Assembly: GCA_028693285.1 (NCBI GenBank)
Contig: JAQUVQ010000001.1
Location: forward strand, 11,664 to 75,663
DNA length: 64,000 nt
Direction: 5' to 3'
From: Smithellaceae bacterium
GTDB taxonomy: Bacteria > Desulfobacterota > Syntrophia > Syntrophales > Smithellaceae
Below the pieces are notes generated by a model that was not told the DNA's origin, did not search any database, and worked only from the letters and a program-made list of their open reading frames with translations. The position numbers and the translations under genes were made by a program. Below are positions 1 to 8,963 of this stretch, piece by piece. Position 1 is the first letter of the stretch, and every line of letters starts with the position of its first letter.

Positions 1-301
1 CCAGCCAGACATACACCACGGAAAGGTTCGTCCACAGGATCGTGGAAACCGTAACCGCGAAGATGATGAGCATGCCTCCCATCGTCGGCGTACCCTTCTT
101 GACCAGGTGCGTCTTGGGCCCGTCCTCGCGGATCTGCTGGTCAATCTGCATTCTCTGCAGCTTGTCGATAAACCATTTCCCGAAAACCAGGCAGATCAGC
201 AACGCCGTGATGGAGGCGAAGATCGTTCTGAACGTGATGTACCGGAACACGTTGAAGGATGAAAACACGGTATGGAAAGGATATAAAAATTCGTAAATCA
301 C
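1..301 (-). CDS. mraY: phospho-N-acetylmuramoyl-pentapeptide transferase MraY, N-terminal ~100 codons (gene runs off window start)
   Basis: Own translation of the minus strand from GTG at 301 gives MIYEFLYPFHTVFSSFNVFRYITFRTIFASITALL...IREDGPKTHLVKKGTPTMGG, the conserved MraY N-terminus. A GGGAGA SD lies upstream. It follows murE/F in canonical dcw order. The track ORF 42..296(+) is its antisense shadow. Confidence 0.9.
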   Translation of the reverse strand, partial: MIYEFLYPFHTVFSSFNVFRYITFRTIFASITALLICLVFGKWFIDKLQRMQIDQQIREDGPKTHLVKKGTPTMGGMLIIFAVTVSTILWTNLSVVYVWL

Positions 302-316
302 GTTTTTTCTCCCGGA

Positions 317-3283
317 CTATGTCGCCGCCGCATGGTCTTCGGCTTTTTCAACGCCGATTTCTTCGCCCAGCCGCGCCGCCAGCCTGTCCATTTTCATCCG
401 CCGCGATCCTTTGATCAAAATCCAGTCGCCTTTGCGCAGCTTCTTTTTCAAGAAAGCCACGGCTTCCCCGTCGTCGCATAAAAACACAATCCGTTCTTCG
501 GCCAGACCGCCCTCCAGCGCTCCCGCGGCCGTCGCGCGCGCGAAATCGCCCTGAAGAAAAACCGCCGCCGTGCCGATGGTCGCCAAAAGCAGGCCGATCT
601 TGCGGTGCATCTCCTGCGCGGCGTCGCCCAATTCCAGCATGTCGCCTAAAAAAACGAACGCGTTGTGCGAACTTGCCAGGTCCCTGAGCGTCAGCAGGGC
701 CTCGCGCACGGATGCGGGATTGGCATTATAGGCGTCATTGATCAGATAGGCTCCGTTTTGCAGCCGGAGAATCTCCATGCGTCCGGCGACCGGCTGAAAC
801 ATCGACAGGCCCCGCCGGATCGACTCTACGCTGACGCCGCAGGCCAATGCCGCGGCGGACGCGGCCATAGCGTTGTAGATGTTGTGAATGCCCGCGGCTT
901 TCATGTCCACCTTGTGCGCCTGCCCGTTCATCAAAAGCTGAAAACTCACTCCCCGGGCGCCGTTTTTGCGGATGTCGTTCACGCCGACATCCGCGCCGGC
1001 GCTCATGCTGAAGGTCACGCGCCGTCCGGACCAGCGCTCGGCTGCCTGGCGCACCGCCTGGTCGTCCAGATTCACGACAGCGACGCCGGCCGGATTCATG
1101 TGCAGCCATAAATCGCCTTTTTCCTCCCGCACGGTTTCCACCGAGCCGAACCCCGCCAGATGCGCGGGGCCGACGTTGGTGACAAGACCGATGTCCGGGG
1201 CGGCGATCTGCGTCAGCCTTTTGATTTCGCCGCGCGTGTTGGTGCCCATTTCAAGGACGGCCGCATCGTGCCGGTCCGTCATTCGGAAAAGCGTCTGCGG
1301 AAGGCCGATCAGGTTATTCAGGTTTCCCTCCGTGCCGAGAACGGTTTTCTCCTGCCGCAAAATGCAGGTGAGCATTTCACGGGTGGTGGTCTTTCCCGAC
1401 GACCCGGTCAGCGCAATGACGGGAATGGAAAAACGACGACGGTGCATGTGGGCCAGGTCTCCCAGCGCCCGCAGCGTGTCTGCCGTTTCAATCACCGCGG
1501 CCCGCCGGGTCAGCGCCTTCAAATCGATTCTGTCCGCGTCGGCCACCAGAACACATAGGGCTCCTCCCTCCACGGCTTTTGGAACGAAGGCGTGTCCGTC
1601 AAAATTCTCCCCGGCAAGGGCAACAAACAGATTGCCGGGATGGATTTGTCTGGAATCGGTGGAAACGCCGTAAACGGCTTGATCGCGCTCTCCCGCCGCC
1701 AGGCGTCCGCCGGTGGCTTGCAGCACCTCTGCCAGCGAAAACGCCGGCGACATCCACCCGGGAAACTTCAGCCGCAAAGCGCGCATGGCGGCCAGCCGGT
1801 CGTCAAACGGCACTTTTTTCGTTCCCAGGATCTGATAATCTTCATGGCCTTTGCCGGCAATCAAAACGATATCCTGCGGTTCGGCGATCCGGACGGCGGC
1901 TTCGATCGCGGCTCTCCGGTCGGCAAGGATCGCGTATCCATGCGCGCCGGCGTCAAATTCAAGGCGGTCCTGAGGCACTTTCCTGATTTTGCCCCCATCG
2001 ATTCCCGCTTCAATTTCACGGATGATCTCCAGCGGATCTTCCCGCCGGGGATTGTCGGACGTGATGATCGTCAGGTCGCTCCAGGTCGTCGCGATGTCTC
2101 CCATCACCGGCCTTTTGGCCCGGTCGCGGTTGCCGCCGCAGCCGAAAACCGTCAGGATTCTTTTTTCCTTCAACCCGTGCAGATTCCGGAGCACCTGCTC
2201 CAGGGCGTCAGGCTTGTGGGCGTAGTCGACAAAAACGTGAACGCCGCCCGAAGGGACGACCTTTTCCAGGCGGCCGGGAACCAGCGACAGGTTCTGAATG
2301 CCCCGTGCAATCGCCCGGGGCTCCACCGCCAGGACCGACGCGGCGGCGGCGGCGGCCAGAATGTTGGACAGGTTGAATCCGCCTATCAGACCGGACGTCA
2401 CGGAAATTTTTTCTCCGTCCAGCAGGATGTCCGCCTGAACGCCGCCCAGCGTGACGTGTGGATTCTGTACTCTCGCCGCGCCGTCCTGCTCAAGGCTGTA
2501 GGAAAGAGCCGGAACGGAAATTTCGCGGATCAGCTGCCGCCCCCGGGGATCATCCGCGTTGATCACGGCTTTTCGCGCAAGGTTCTTCCGGCTTCGGGGA
2601 AGCAATTCGGCAAACAATCTTTTTTTCGCCCGGAAATAGTCTTCCATGTCTTTGTGGTAATCCAGGTGCTCCGGGCTGAGGTTGGTAAAAACGGCCAGAT
2701 CAAAGTCGCAGTCGTCAACCCGCTTCAGATCCAGTGCGTGCGACGAAACCTCGGCAATCACGTGCGTGACCCCGGCGCAGGCCATCTCGCTTAAAATTCT
2801 CTGCATGTCGAAGGATTCCGGCGTCGTGTTCGGGGCGGGGAATTGTTTGCCGCCGTAGCGATAATTGATGGTTCCCAGAACGCCGCAGGAAAAGCCGGCG
2901 GCCGTGAGAATGGATTCCAGCAGGTAGGACACGGTGGTCTTCCCGCTGGTTCCCGTGATGCCGATCAGCGTCAGACGGGAGGACGGGTCCCCGAAATAAT
3001 TTTTGGCGAGCGTACCCAGTGCGCGGCGACTGTCGGGCACCCGAATGGCCTTGACCCCGTCGGGAACCACGATGTCTTTCTGATGGACGATGAAATGCGC
3101 GCCCCGCTCTATGGCCCGGCCGATAAAATGGTGGCCGTCAAAGGCAAGGCCCGGAATCGCAACAAAGAGCGACCCCGGGCCGCACGCCTCTGCGACATAG
3201 CAAATCGATGAAACATCGCCTTTCGGATCCGTTTCCGTCTGAAGTGTCTGGATTCCCTGCAGTAATTGACGAAGCTCCATCAT
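317..3283 (-). CDS. murE-murF: fused UDP-MurNAc-L-Ala-D-Glu:meso-DAP ligase (MurE) and UDP-MurNAc-tripeptide:D-Ala-D-Ala ligase (MurF), 988 aa
   Basis: Single ORF. The MurE half has the GITGTSGKTT P-loop and DNPR at aa 410-413. From Met511 (nt 1753) a MurF N-terminus begins (VSTDSRQIHPGNLFVALAGENFDGHAFV) with a second P-loop, LTGSSGKTT. There is no stop codon between the halves. Confidence 0.9.
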   Translation of the reverse strand: MMELRQLLQGIQTLQTETDPKGDVSSICYVAEACGPGSLFVAIPGLAFDGHHFIGRAIERGAHFIVHQKDIVVPDGVKAIRVPDSRRALGTLAKNYFGDPSSRLTLIGITGTSGKTTVSYLLESILTAAGFSCGVLGTINYRYGGKQFPAPNTTPESFDMQRILSEMACAGVTHVIAEVSSHALDLKRVDDCDFDLAVFTNLSPEHLDYHKDMEDYFRAKKRLFAELLPRSRKNLARKAVINADDPRGRQLIREISVPALSYSLEQDGAARVQNPHVTLGGVQADILLDGEKISVTSGLIGGFNLSNILAAAAAASVLAVEPRAIARGIQNLSLVPGRLEKVVPSGGVHVFVDYAHKPDALEQVLRNLHGLKEKRILTVFGCGGNRDRAKRPVMGDIATTWSDLTIITSDNPRREDPLEIIREIEAGIDGGKIRKVPQDRLEFDAGAHGYAILADRRAAIEAAVRIAEPQDIVLIAGKGHEDYQILGTKKVPFDDRLAAMRALRLKFPGWMSPAFSLAEVLQATGGRLAAGERDQAVYGVSTDSRQIHPGNLFVALAGENFDGHAFVPKAVEGGALCVLVADADRIDLKALTRRAAVIETADTLRALGDLAHMHRRRFSIPVIALTGSSGKTTTREMLTCILRQEKTVLGTEGNLNNLIGLPQTLFRMTDRHDAAVLEMGTNTRGEIKRLTQIAAPDIGLVTNVGPAHLAGFGSVETVREEKGDLWLHMNPAGVAVVNLDDQAVRQAAERWSGRRVTFSMSAGADVGVNDIRKNGARGVSFQLLMNGQAHKVDMKAAGIHNIYNAMAASAAALACGVSVESIRRGLSMFQPVAGRMEILRLQNGAYLINDAYNANPASVREALLTLRDLASSHNAFVFLGDMLELGDAAQEMHRKIGLLLATIGTAAVFLQGDFARATAAGALEGGLAEERIVFLCDDGEAVAFLKKKLRKGDWILIKGSRRMKMDRLAARLGEEIGVEKAEDHAAAT

Positions 3284-3286
3284 CCC

Positions 3287-5281
3287 TCAGTTTTTCATCT
3301 CAAAAATCACTTTGCACAGGCGATCCTCGCCCGGTTCCGAACCGGGCTGGGGAAACTGCTGCGTCGCCCAGCCGCTTCCGGATACCCGCAGCTCAATCGA
3401 CCGGGACCTGGCCATTTTCAGCGCCTCGCGAATGGTCAGGCCTTTGAAATCCGGCATGCGGGATTCATCATTGATCTCATTCTCCGCTGCCGTCATGTCT
3501 TCCACCAGGGACGCATCCGCCGACACCAGCTGCAGTTCATGGACCGGCTGGGGTTCAAACGCGGGGGTTTCCCGAATGTTCGTCTTGAAACAGTTCAGAA
3601 TCTGCTCGCCAATGCTTTTAAAAACCGGCGCGGCGGCGACGCCTCCCCACTTGTCGCGCTGCGGCTCATCCAGCATGACCAGAATCACCACCTGCGGATT
3701 ATCCGACGGGAAAAATCCGATAAAGGACGTCCGCACCTTTTCCGAGGAGTAAACACCTCGCGCAAAATCAAATTTCTGCGCGGTTCCGGTTTTTCCGGCC
3801 ACGGGAACATTGACGATATGGGCTCTCTTCCCCGTGCCGTCCTCGGCCCCGACCACCTCGGTCAGCATGACGGCCATGCGCCTGGCCGTTTCGGGAGAAA
3901 TCACCCGGCGCACGGTCTCCGGAGCGAACATCTTGACGGGCTGATTGTTTCTATCGGTGAACCCCTTCACGATATAGGGTTTCATTCGAACGCCCCCGTT
4001 GGCGATCGTGGCCAGAGCGGTGACGAGCTGAATGGCGGTGACCGAAATGCCCTGACCGAAACCGATGTTTGTCGTGTCCACCCGGGTCCAGCTTTTGACG
4101 GGACGCAAAACACCCGCCGCCTCGCCCGAGAGATCGATTCCGGTCCGGGAGCCGAAACCGAAGTTTTTTATGTAGGCATAAAACTTTTCCCGGCCGAGCT
4201 TTTCCGCAATTTTGGCGGAGCCGATATTGCTGGAGTATTTGATAATATCCCGCACGGCCAGATAACCGTGCTTCTTGTGGTTGGCTTCGCGAATCACCCG
4301 GTTGGCGACCTGATAATGCCCGTTCTCGCAGTAAAAGCGGTCCGACTCTTTGACGACTTTTTCTTCCAGGGCGGCGGCGACCAGAAAGGGCTTGAAGGTG
4401 GAGCCGGGATCAAAGGAATCGGTAATGGCGCGGTTCCGCCAGTTCTCCGACGTCAGCCCCTTGATGTTGTTGGGATTGAATGCTTTTTCATTGGCCATCG
4501 CCAGTATTTCTCCCGTTTTCGGATCCATGACGATCGCGACGCCGCCTTTCGCTCCCTTCTCCAGCACTGCTTCCTTCAAATGCGTTTCCGCCAGGTACTG
4601 GATCCGGCTGTCAATGGTCAGCACAAGATTGGCGCTTCCCATTTTCTCGGAGGGATCCTGTTCGACGTGCACAAAGAGCTTTTTCCCTTTGGCGTCCCTG
4701 GCCCAGGTCAGTTTTTCGGGCGTTCCTTTCAAATACCGGTCATATTTCCTCTCCAGCCCTTCCAGGCCCTCGGCGTCAAAACCGGAAAATCCGATCAAAT
4801 GCGCCGCCAACGGCCCATTCGGATAAAAACGCTTCGGTTCCTTGATCAGAAAAATTCCTTCCAGGTTCGCGGATTCCACCATCAGCGCCTGCTGGGAAGA
4901 AATTTTTCTGGCCAGCCAGCAGAAGCTCTTCGGCTCCGAAATCTTCTTCAGCACGGATGAGGGATCCAGGTTCAGGATGGAAGAAATTTCCCGGGACACT
5001 TTTGCCGGATTGCTGATCCGGCTCGGATCCGCGCAAACGGACTCCGCCATCACCGACATGGCCAGCTTTTCGCCGTTGCGGTCATAAATCATGCCTCTTT
5101 CGGCATGAATGGAAAGCGTGGTCATGTGCTGGCGGTCGGCCAGTCTTTTCAATTTCTCGCCGGACAGGACCTGAAGCTGAAAAGCGCGCGACAGCAACGC
5201 GATGAACAGAATCAAAAAAATCGCCAAAATGCTGGCCAGCCGGAATTTCAGCCATTTTTTTGAGTCTGCCGCCATGGTCAC
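3287..5281 (-). CDS. ftsI: peptidoglycan D,D-transpeptidase FtsI (class B PBP) with C-terminal PASTA-like domain
   Basis: 664 aa. N-terminal TM segment, PBP dimerisation region, transpeptidase motifs STFKP, SSN and KTGTA. Sits in the dcw position between ftsL and murE. Confidence 0.9.
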   Translation of the reverse strand: MTMAADSKKWLKFRLASILAIFLILFIALLSRAFQLQVLSGEKLKRLADRQHMTTLSIHAERGMIYDRNGEKLAMSVMAESVCADPSRISNPAKVSREISSILNLDPSSVLKKISEPKSFCWLARKISSQQALMVESANLEGIFLIKEPKRFYPNGPLAAHLIGFSGFDAEGLEGLERKYDRYLKGTPEKLTWARDAKGKKLFVHVEQDPSEKMGSANLVLTIDSRIQYLAETHLKEAVLEKGAKGGVAIVMDPKTGEILAMANEKAFNPNNIKGLTSENWRNRAITDSFDPGSTFKPFLVAAALEEKVVKESDRFYCENGHYQVANRVIREANHKKHGYLAVRDIIKYSSNIGSAKIAEKLGREKFYAYIKNFGFGSRTGIDLSGEAAGVLRPVKSWTRVDTTNIGFGQGISVTAIQLVTALATIANGGVRMKPYIVKGFTDRNNQPVKMFAPETVRRVISPETARRMAVMLTEVVGAEDGTGKRAHIVNVPVAGKTGTAQKFDFARGVYSSEKVRTSFIGFFPSDNPQVVILVMLDEPQRDKWGGVAAAPVFKSIGEQILNCFKTNIRETPAFEPQPVHELQLVSADASLVEDMTAAENEINDESRMPDFKGLTIREALKMARSRSIELRVSGSGWATQQFPQPGSEPGEDRLCKVIFEMKN

Positions 5282-5625
5282 TTCCTTGTTTGCTTTAAAA
5301 CAATCACCTGCGCCGCCGTGGGATAGGTCATCTGCAGCTGCGTTCGGGCAATGTCTTCGATTCTCTGCGGCGATTTGAGCATCGCCAGCTCCAGCTTCAA
5401 TTTTTTCTGCTCTTCCATCAATTGCTCTTTGGTATGCAGGGCGGCGGCAACGTCATATTCCATTTGGGTCATCCGGATGTGCGATCCCACATAGATCACC
5501 GCGACAAACATGATGACCAGCGCCACGACGATGAAGGCCGGATATTTTACGCCGAAGGAAGCGGCGTCGGCTTCTTTGAGAGGCCGCCCCTGCGTCAGGG
5601 TCTCGGTTCCGGCCGTCTGCGCCAT
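5278..5625 (-). CDS. ftsL: cell division protein FtsL-like (single TM plus coiled coil)
   Basis: 115 aa. One hydrophobic span (YPAFIVVALVIMFVAVIYVGS) is followed by a heptad-like region (EQLMEEQKKLKLELAMLKS). Located between rsmH and ftsI, with a 4-nt overlap with ftsI. Confidence 0.7.
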   Translation of the reverse strand: MAQTAGTETLTQGRPLKEADAASFGVKYPAFIVVALVIMFVAVIYVGSHIRMTQMEYDVAAALHTKEQLMEEQKKLKLELAMLKSPQRIEDIARTQLQMTYPTAAQVIVLKQTRK

Positions 5626-5626
5626 T

Positions 5627-6562
5627 TCAAATCCTTTCTGCGACGCGCAATTTTGCGCTGCGGGCCCGCGGGTTTCTCCGGATTTCCTCCAAAGAAGGCG
5701 TCACCGCTTTGCGGGTTAATACTTTCACGACGGCCTGTTTGTGACAGACACAGCGGGGAACATCTTTGGGGCAAACACAGGTCGCCGCAAGGTCACGAAA
5801 AGTATGCTTCACGATCCGGTCCTCCAGGGAGTGAAACGAAATCACCCCCAGACGGCCGCCGGTCGAAAGAGCCGCGACGGCAGCTTCAATGCCCGGAGCC
5901 AGGGTGTCCAGCTCGCGGTTGACGGCGATCCGAATCGCCTGAAAGGTTCTTGTGGCCGGGTGAATTTTCTGATGCTTCATGCTATGCGGCATTGCCTGCG
6001 TGATGAGCTGCGCCAGCTCCGCCGTGGTTTCAATCGGCGAAACATCCCTTCTTCTCACGATCGCTCCGGCGATTCTTGCGGCCATTTTTTCTTCCCCGTA
6101 CAACCGGATCACTCTTTCCAGCTCGGACGGTTTGAAACCGTTTACAATATCATAGGCGCGAAGCTTTGCATCCCGGTCCATTCGCATATCCAGCGGCGCC
6201 GACTGGCTGAAACTGAACCCTCTGTGCGCCGCATCCAGCTGATGAGAAGAAACCCCCAGATCCAAAATCACGCCGTCCACTTTTTCAATGTTGAACCCGT
6301 CCAGCACAGAGGCCAGATCGGCAAAATTCCCCTTGACGAGTTTGACGCGCGGCTGAAATGAATCCAGCCTTTGCCGGGCGGCCGAGATCGCTTCCGCATC
6401 GAGATCGATCCCGACCAGACTCGCCCGGGTGTTTTCCAGGATCGCGAGGGCGTGTCCTCCCCCGCCGATCGTGCCGTCCACATAAACGCCGCTCTGATTT
6501 CTCACCAGCCAGGACAGCACTTCTTCGCGCATCACCGGTTCGTGAGAAAAAACCAAGCTCAT
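5627..6562 (-). CDS. rsmH: 16S rRNA (cytosine1402-N4)-methyltransferase RsmH (MraW)
   Basis: 311 aa. HEPVM start, DGTIGGGGHA SAM motif, SFHSLEDRIVK motif. Second gene of the dcw cluster. Confidence 0.93.
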   Translation of the reverse strand: MSLVFSHEPVMREEVLSWLVRNQSGVYVDGTIGGGGHALAILENTRASLVGIDLDAEAISAARQRLDSFQPRVKLVKGNFADLASVLDGFNIEKVDGVILDLGVSSHQLDAAHRGFSFSQSAPLDMRMDRDAKLRAYDIVNGFKPSELERVIRLYGEEKMAARIAGAIVRRRDVSPIETTAELAQLITQAMPHSMKHQKIHPATRTFQAIRIAVNRELDTLAPGIEAAVAALSTGGRLGVISFHSLEDRIVKHTFRDLAATCVCPKDVPRCVCHKQAVVKVLTRKAVTPSLEEIRRNPRARSAKLRVAERI

Positions 6563-6564
6563 GG

Positions 6565-7011
6565 TCAGATCCCCAGTTGCTCTGCGATCTCATTATCTCT
6601 GTCAATTTTCTCGCCAGCCTCTCGATTTCTTTCTTCAAATTTATCTCTGGGCCAGATTTCAATATTTTTAAGCATCCCCGCCAGCACAATGTCTTTTTCC
6701 AAATGAGCGTATTCCCGCAGCGTCGGCGGCACCAAAACCCGCCCCTGACTGTCCAGATTGCAGTCCACGGCGCCGGACATGAAGAATCTTTGAAAATCGC
6801 GAAATTTTTTATCCAGAAGGCGTCTTTTCGAGACTTCTTCTTCGATAAGCCGCCATTCCGCATAGGGAAATGCAATTAAATACCCGTCCCAGTTGGTGAT
6901 TACCATGCGGTTGTCGTACTTTTCCGCAAACAGTTCGCGAAACCTGGACGGGAAAATTATTCTTCCCTTTTCATCGATAGTATGGTGATATTGCCCACGA
7001 AATACGGACAT
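6565..7011 (-). CDS. mraZ: transcriptional regulator MraZ
   Basis: [25 protein letters not shown], plus a second DxxGR repeat ([10 protein letters not shown]). I chose the start at Met9 of the track ORF (ATG at 7011) because the upstream 24 nt overlap the predicted operator repeats. Confidence 0.9.
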   Translation of the reverse strand: MSVFRGQYHHTIDEKGRIIFPSRFRELFAEKYDNRMVITNWDGYLIAFPYAEWRLIEEEVSKRRLLDKKFRDFQRFFMSGAVDCNLDSQGRVLVPPTLREYAHLEKDIVLAGMLKNIEIWPRDKFEERNREAGEKIDRDNEIAEQLGI

Positions 7012-7021
7012 CACGCCCCCT

Positions 7022-7045
7022 CCACAATAAACCACTTTACCCCAC
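7022..7045 (-). promoter_or_regulatory. three phased GTGG direct repeats (predicted MraZ operator)
   Basis: The minus strand reads GTGGGGTAAA GTGGTTTATT GTGGAGGGGG. The CCAC cores on the plus strand lie at 7022-7025, 7032-7035 and 7042-7045, an exact 10-bp phasing between the -10 box and the mraZ ATG. Confidence 0.6.
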
Positions 7046-7052
7046 GTGTCCG

Positions 7053-7081
7053 ACTATAGAGAGGGAAAATCGCTTTGTCAA
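7053..7081 (-). promoter_or_regulatory. sigma-70 type promoter of the dcw cluster (Pmra-like)
   Basis: The minus strand reads TTGACA (7081-7076), a 17-nt spacer, then TATAGT (7058-7053). The -10 box ends about 40 nt upstream of the mraZ ATG. Confidence 0.6.
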
Positions 7082-7291
7082 GAAAAAAATGAATCTTTTT
7101 TGATAATCGAATAATTGAATATCACTAAGAAAATGGGAAACGCGCCCCGGTGGAGCCAATCGGTCTGCAAAACAGCACGGACAAGGCCGCCGGGAAGAGA
7201 AAAGGATCCTCCCGGCACACTCCAAATCACAAACCGGATTATAATAATAAAAAAGAATTATGTTAAATAGTTAGAAGCAGAAAGGCGCTGA

Positions 7292-8341
7292 TTACCGGAC
7301 GACTTCATCCGCTTTCTCTTCGCGGTTCATCATATTGCGAAAACGGATTGTTGCGTCATTGTGGGCCACAAGCGATGACGAAAAAAAGTGGGTCCCGTCC
7401 CCTTTGGAAACAAAATAGAGATAATCCACACCCGCGGGATTGAGAACCGCCTGAAAAGAATCCAGCCCGGGACTGGCAATGGGCCCCGGTGGCAGACCGC
7501 GGATCTGGTAAGTATTATAAGGAGATTCCCGCTTATAGTGGAATCTCTTCACTTTTCCCTTGAAATTCTTGAGGTCGTAAACCGCCGTGGGATCACACTG
7601 AAGCGGCATTCCCTTTTTCAACCGATTGTAGAAAACCGCCGCAATCATTGGTTTTTCAGCGGCATACCCCGATTCCTTGCCCACCAGCGACGCAAAAGTC
7701 ACGAACTGATTTGCATTCAAGCCTTTTTGCGCGGCCTTGCGGATCATTTCCGGCGAGACCCTGCTGTGGTAACGCTCCACCATAATGCGCATGATCTGCC
7801 GGGTGGTCATGGACCGGTCCAGAAAATATGTGTCGGGAAAGAGATGCCCTTCAATCGAAGCACTCTGAATGTCCAGGAAAGATAAAAATTCCCTGTCTTG
7901 CGCCAGCTCAAAAAAATCCTTTTCGTTGATCAATTTGTATTCCCTGAGACGCGAGGCGACCTGCGAAATCGAACTGTCTTCAAAAATGGTGACGCGGTAT
8001 TGCTTGATTTCTCCGTGAAGAAGCTTGTCCACGAGCACGGAAGGGGAAATGTCTGCGGCAAATTCATACTCTCCGGCGCGAACCGACCGGGCCCCTCCTT
8101 TCACCACGACCAGCGCATGAAATAAAACCCGGTTTTGCACCAGGCCTGCATTGTGGAGAATATTGATGACCCGAATCAGGCTTGTGCCTGTCGGAATATC
8201 CACCACACCGCTTTTGTCTTTCGCCGAATCCATCGGCGTCACGGCATAGATGAAGAGCAGCGCGCCAAACACGACGGCCGCGATCGCGGGCAGGGAAAAA
8301 AAATAAAACAGTGTTTTTTTTGTTCTGGATTTCATGGTCAT
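7292..8341 (-). CDS. mltG: endolytic murein transglycosylase MltG (YceG family)
   Basis: 349 aa. N-terminal TM segment, and YceG core LVGKESGYAAEKPMIAAVFYNRLKKGMPLQCDPTAVY...YNTYQIRGLPPGPIASPG. Confidence 0.9.
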   Translation of the reverse strand: MTMKSRTKKTLFYFFSLPAIAAVVFGALLFIYAVTPMDSAKDKSGVVDIPTGTSLIRVINILHNAGLVQNRVLFHALVVVKGGARSVRAGEYEFAADISPSVLVDKLLHGEIKQYRVTIFEDSSISQVASRLREYKLINEKDFFELAQDREFLSFLDIQSASIEGHLFPDTYFLDRSMTTRQIMRIMVERYHSRVSPEMIRKAAQKGLNANQFVTFASLVGKESGYAAEKPMIAAVFYNRLKKGMPLQCDPTAVYDLKNFKGKVKRFHYKRESPYNTYQIRGLPPGPIASPGLDSFQAVLNPAGVDYLYFVSKGDGTHFFSSSLVAHNDATIRFRNMMNREEKADEVVR

Positions 8342-8374
8342 TCCATTTGCCGAACAAGGCGAGTCCGGCGGGGA

Positions 8375-8800
8375 TCAGCCCGGCTCGCGTTTTCCGGCAT
8401 TGTCCAGATAATCCTGCAGAATGAGACACGCCGCCAGCCGATCGACTTTATCCTTCCTTTTCCGCCAATGGACGCCGGAGGCCCTCAGAATGTCTTCCGC
8501 CTCTTTTGTGGTCAGGGTCTCGGGCCATTTCACCACCGGCAGCATGAAGGTTTCGGCAAGCCGCCCGGCAAACCGGTTGACTTTTTCACACTGAATGCCT
8601 TCCGATCCGTCGATGCGCACCGGATAGCCGATGACTATGCGCTCAACCGAGTAATCGAGGATCCGCCGGCGCAAAATCTCCAGATCATTCTTTTTGGTTT
8701 TGCGAATCAGCGTGGGCAGTCCCTGGGCGGTCAGGCCCAGCCCGTCGCTCACCGCCAGACCGATTCGCTTTTCACCGTAATCCACTCCCAAAATGCGCAA
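8375..8800 (-). CDS. ruvX: Holliday junction resolvase-like / pre-16S rRNA nuclease RuvX (YqgF)
   Basis: 141 aa. MRILGVDYGEKRIGLAVSD... The N-terminus and size are typical of YqgF. Confidence 0.88.
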   Translation of the reverse strand: MRILGVDYGEKRIGLAVSDGLGLTAQGLPTLIRKTKKNDLEILRRRILDYSVERIVIGYPVRIDGSEGIQCEKVNRFAGRLAETFMLPVVKWPETLTTKEAEDILRASGVHWRKRKDKVDRLAACLILQDYLDNAGKREPG

Positions 8801-8963
8801 AGATCACCTCGTGGATGTTTTCTAACAATTCCACCCTGCATTTTCAAGAAGTAAATCAAGGCCCGTTTCCGTAGCTCAGCCGCTCCGGCAAATATCAGGT
8901 TGTTAAAATGACAGGAGTTTGTTATTTGAACGTATCTTGAAGCGCGAACCAGCGGGAAAAAAC

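Noticed and set aside
42-296. An 84-aa plus-strand ORF at the window start.
   Set aside because: The opposite strand encodes the highly conserved MraY N-terminus, so the plus-strand ORF is its antisense frame.
7012-7225. The N-terminal extension of mraZ (MVYCGGGV) and a 62-aa ORF (7037-7225) upstream of it.
   Set aside because: Both lie across the predicted promoter and the phased GTGG operator repeats. MraZ homologs start at M-x-x-FRG.
8861-8900. A GTAGCTCAG string upstream of selB that resembles a tRNA D-arm. It raised the possibility of tRNA-Sec (selC).
   Set aside because: No acceptor stem pairing exists, there is no T-arm (GTTCRA-type) sequence downstream, and no cloverleaf can be drawn.
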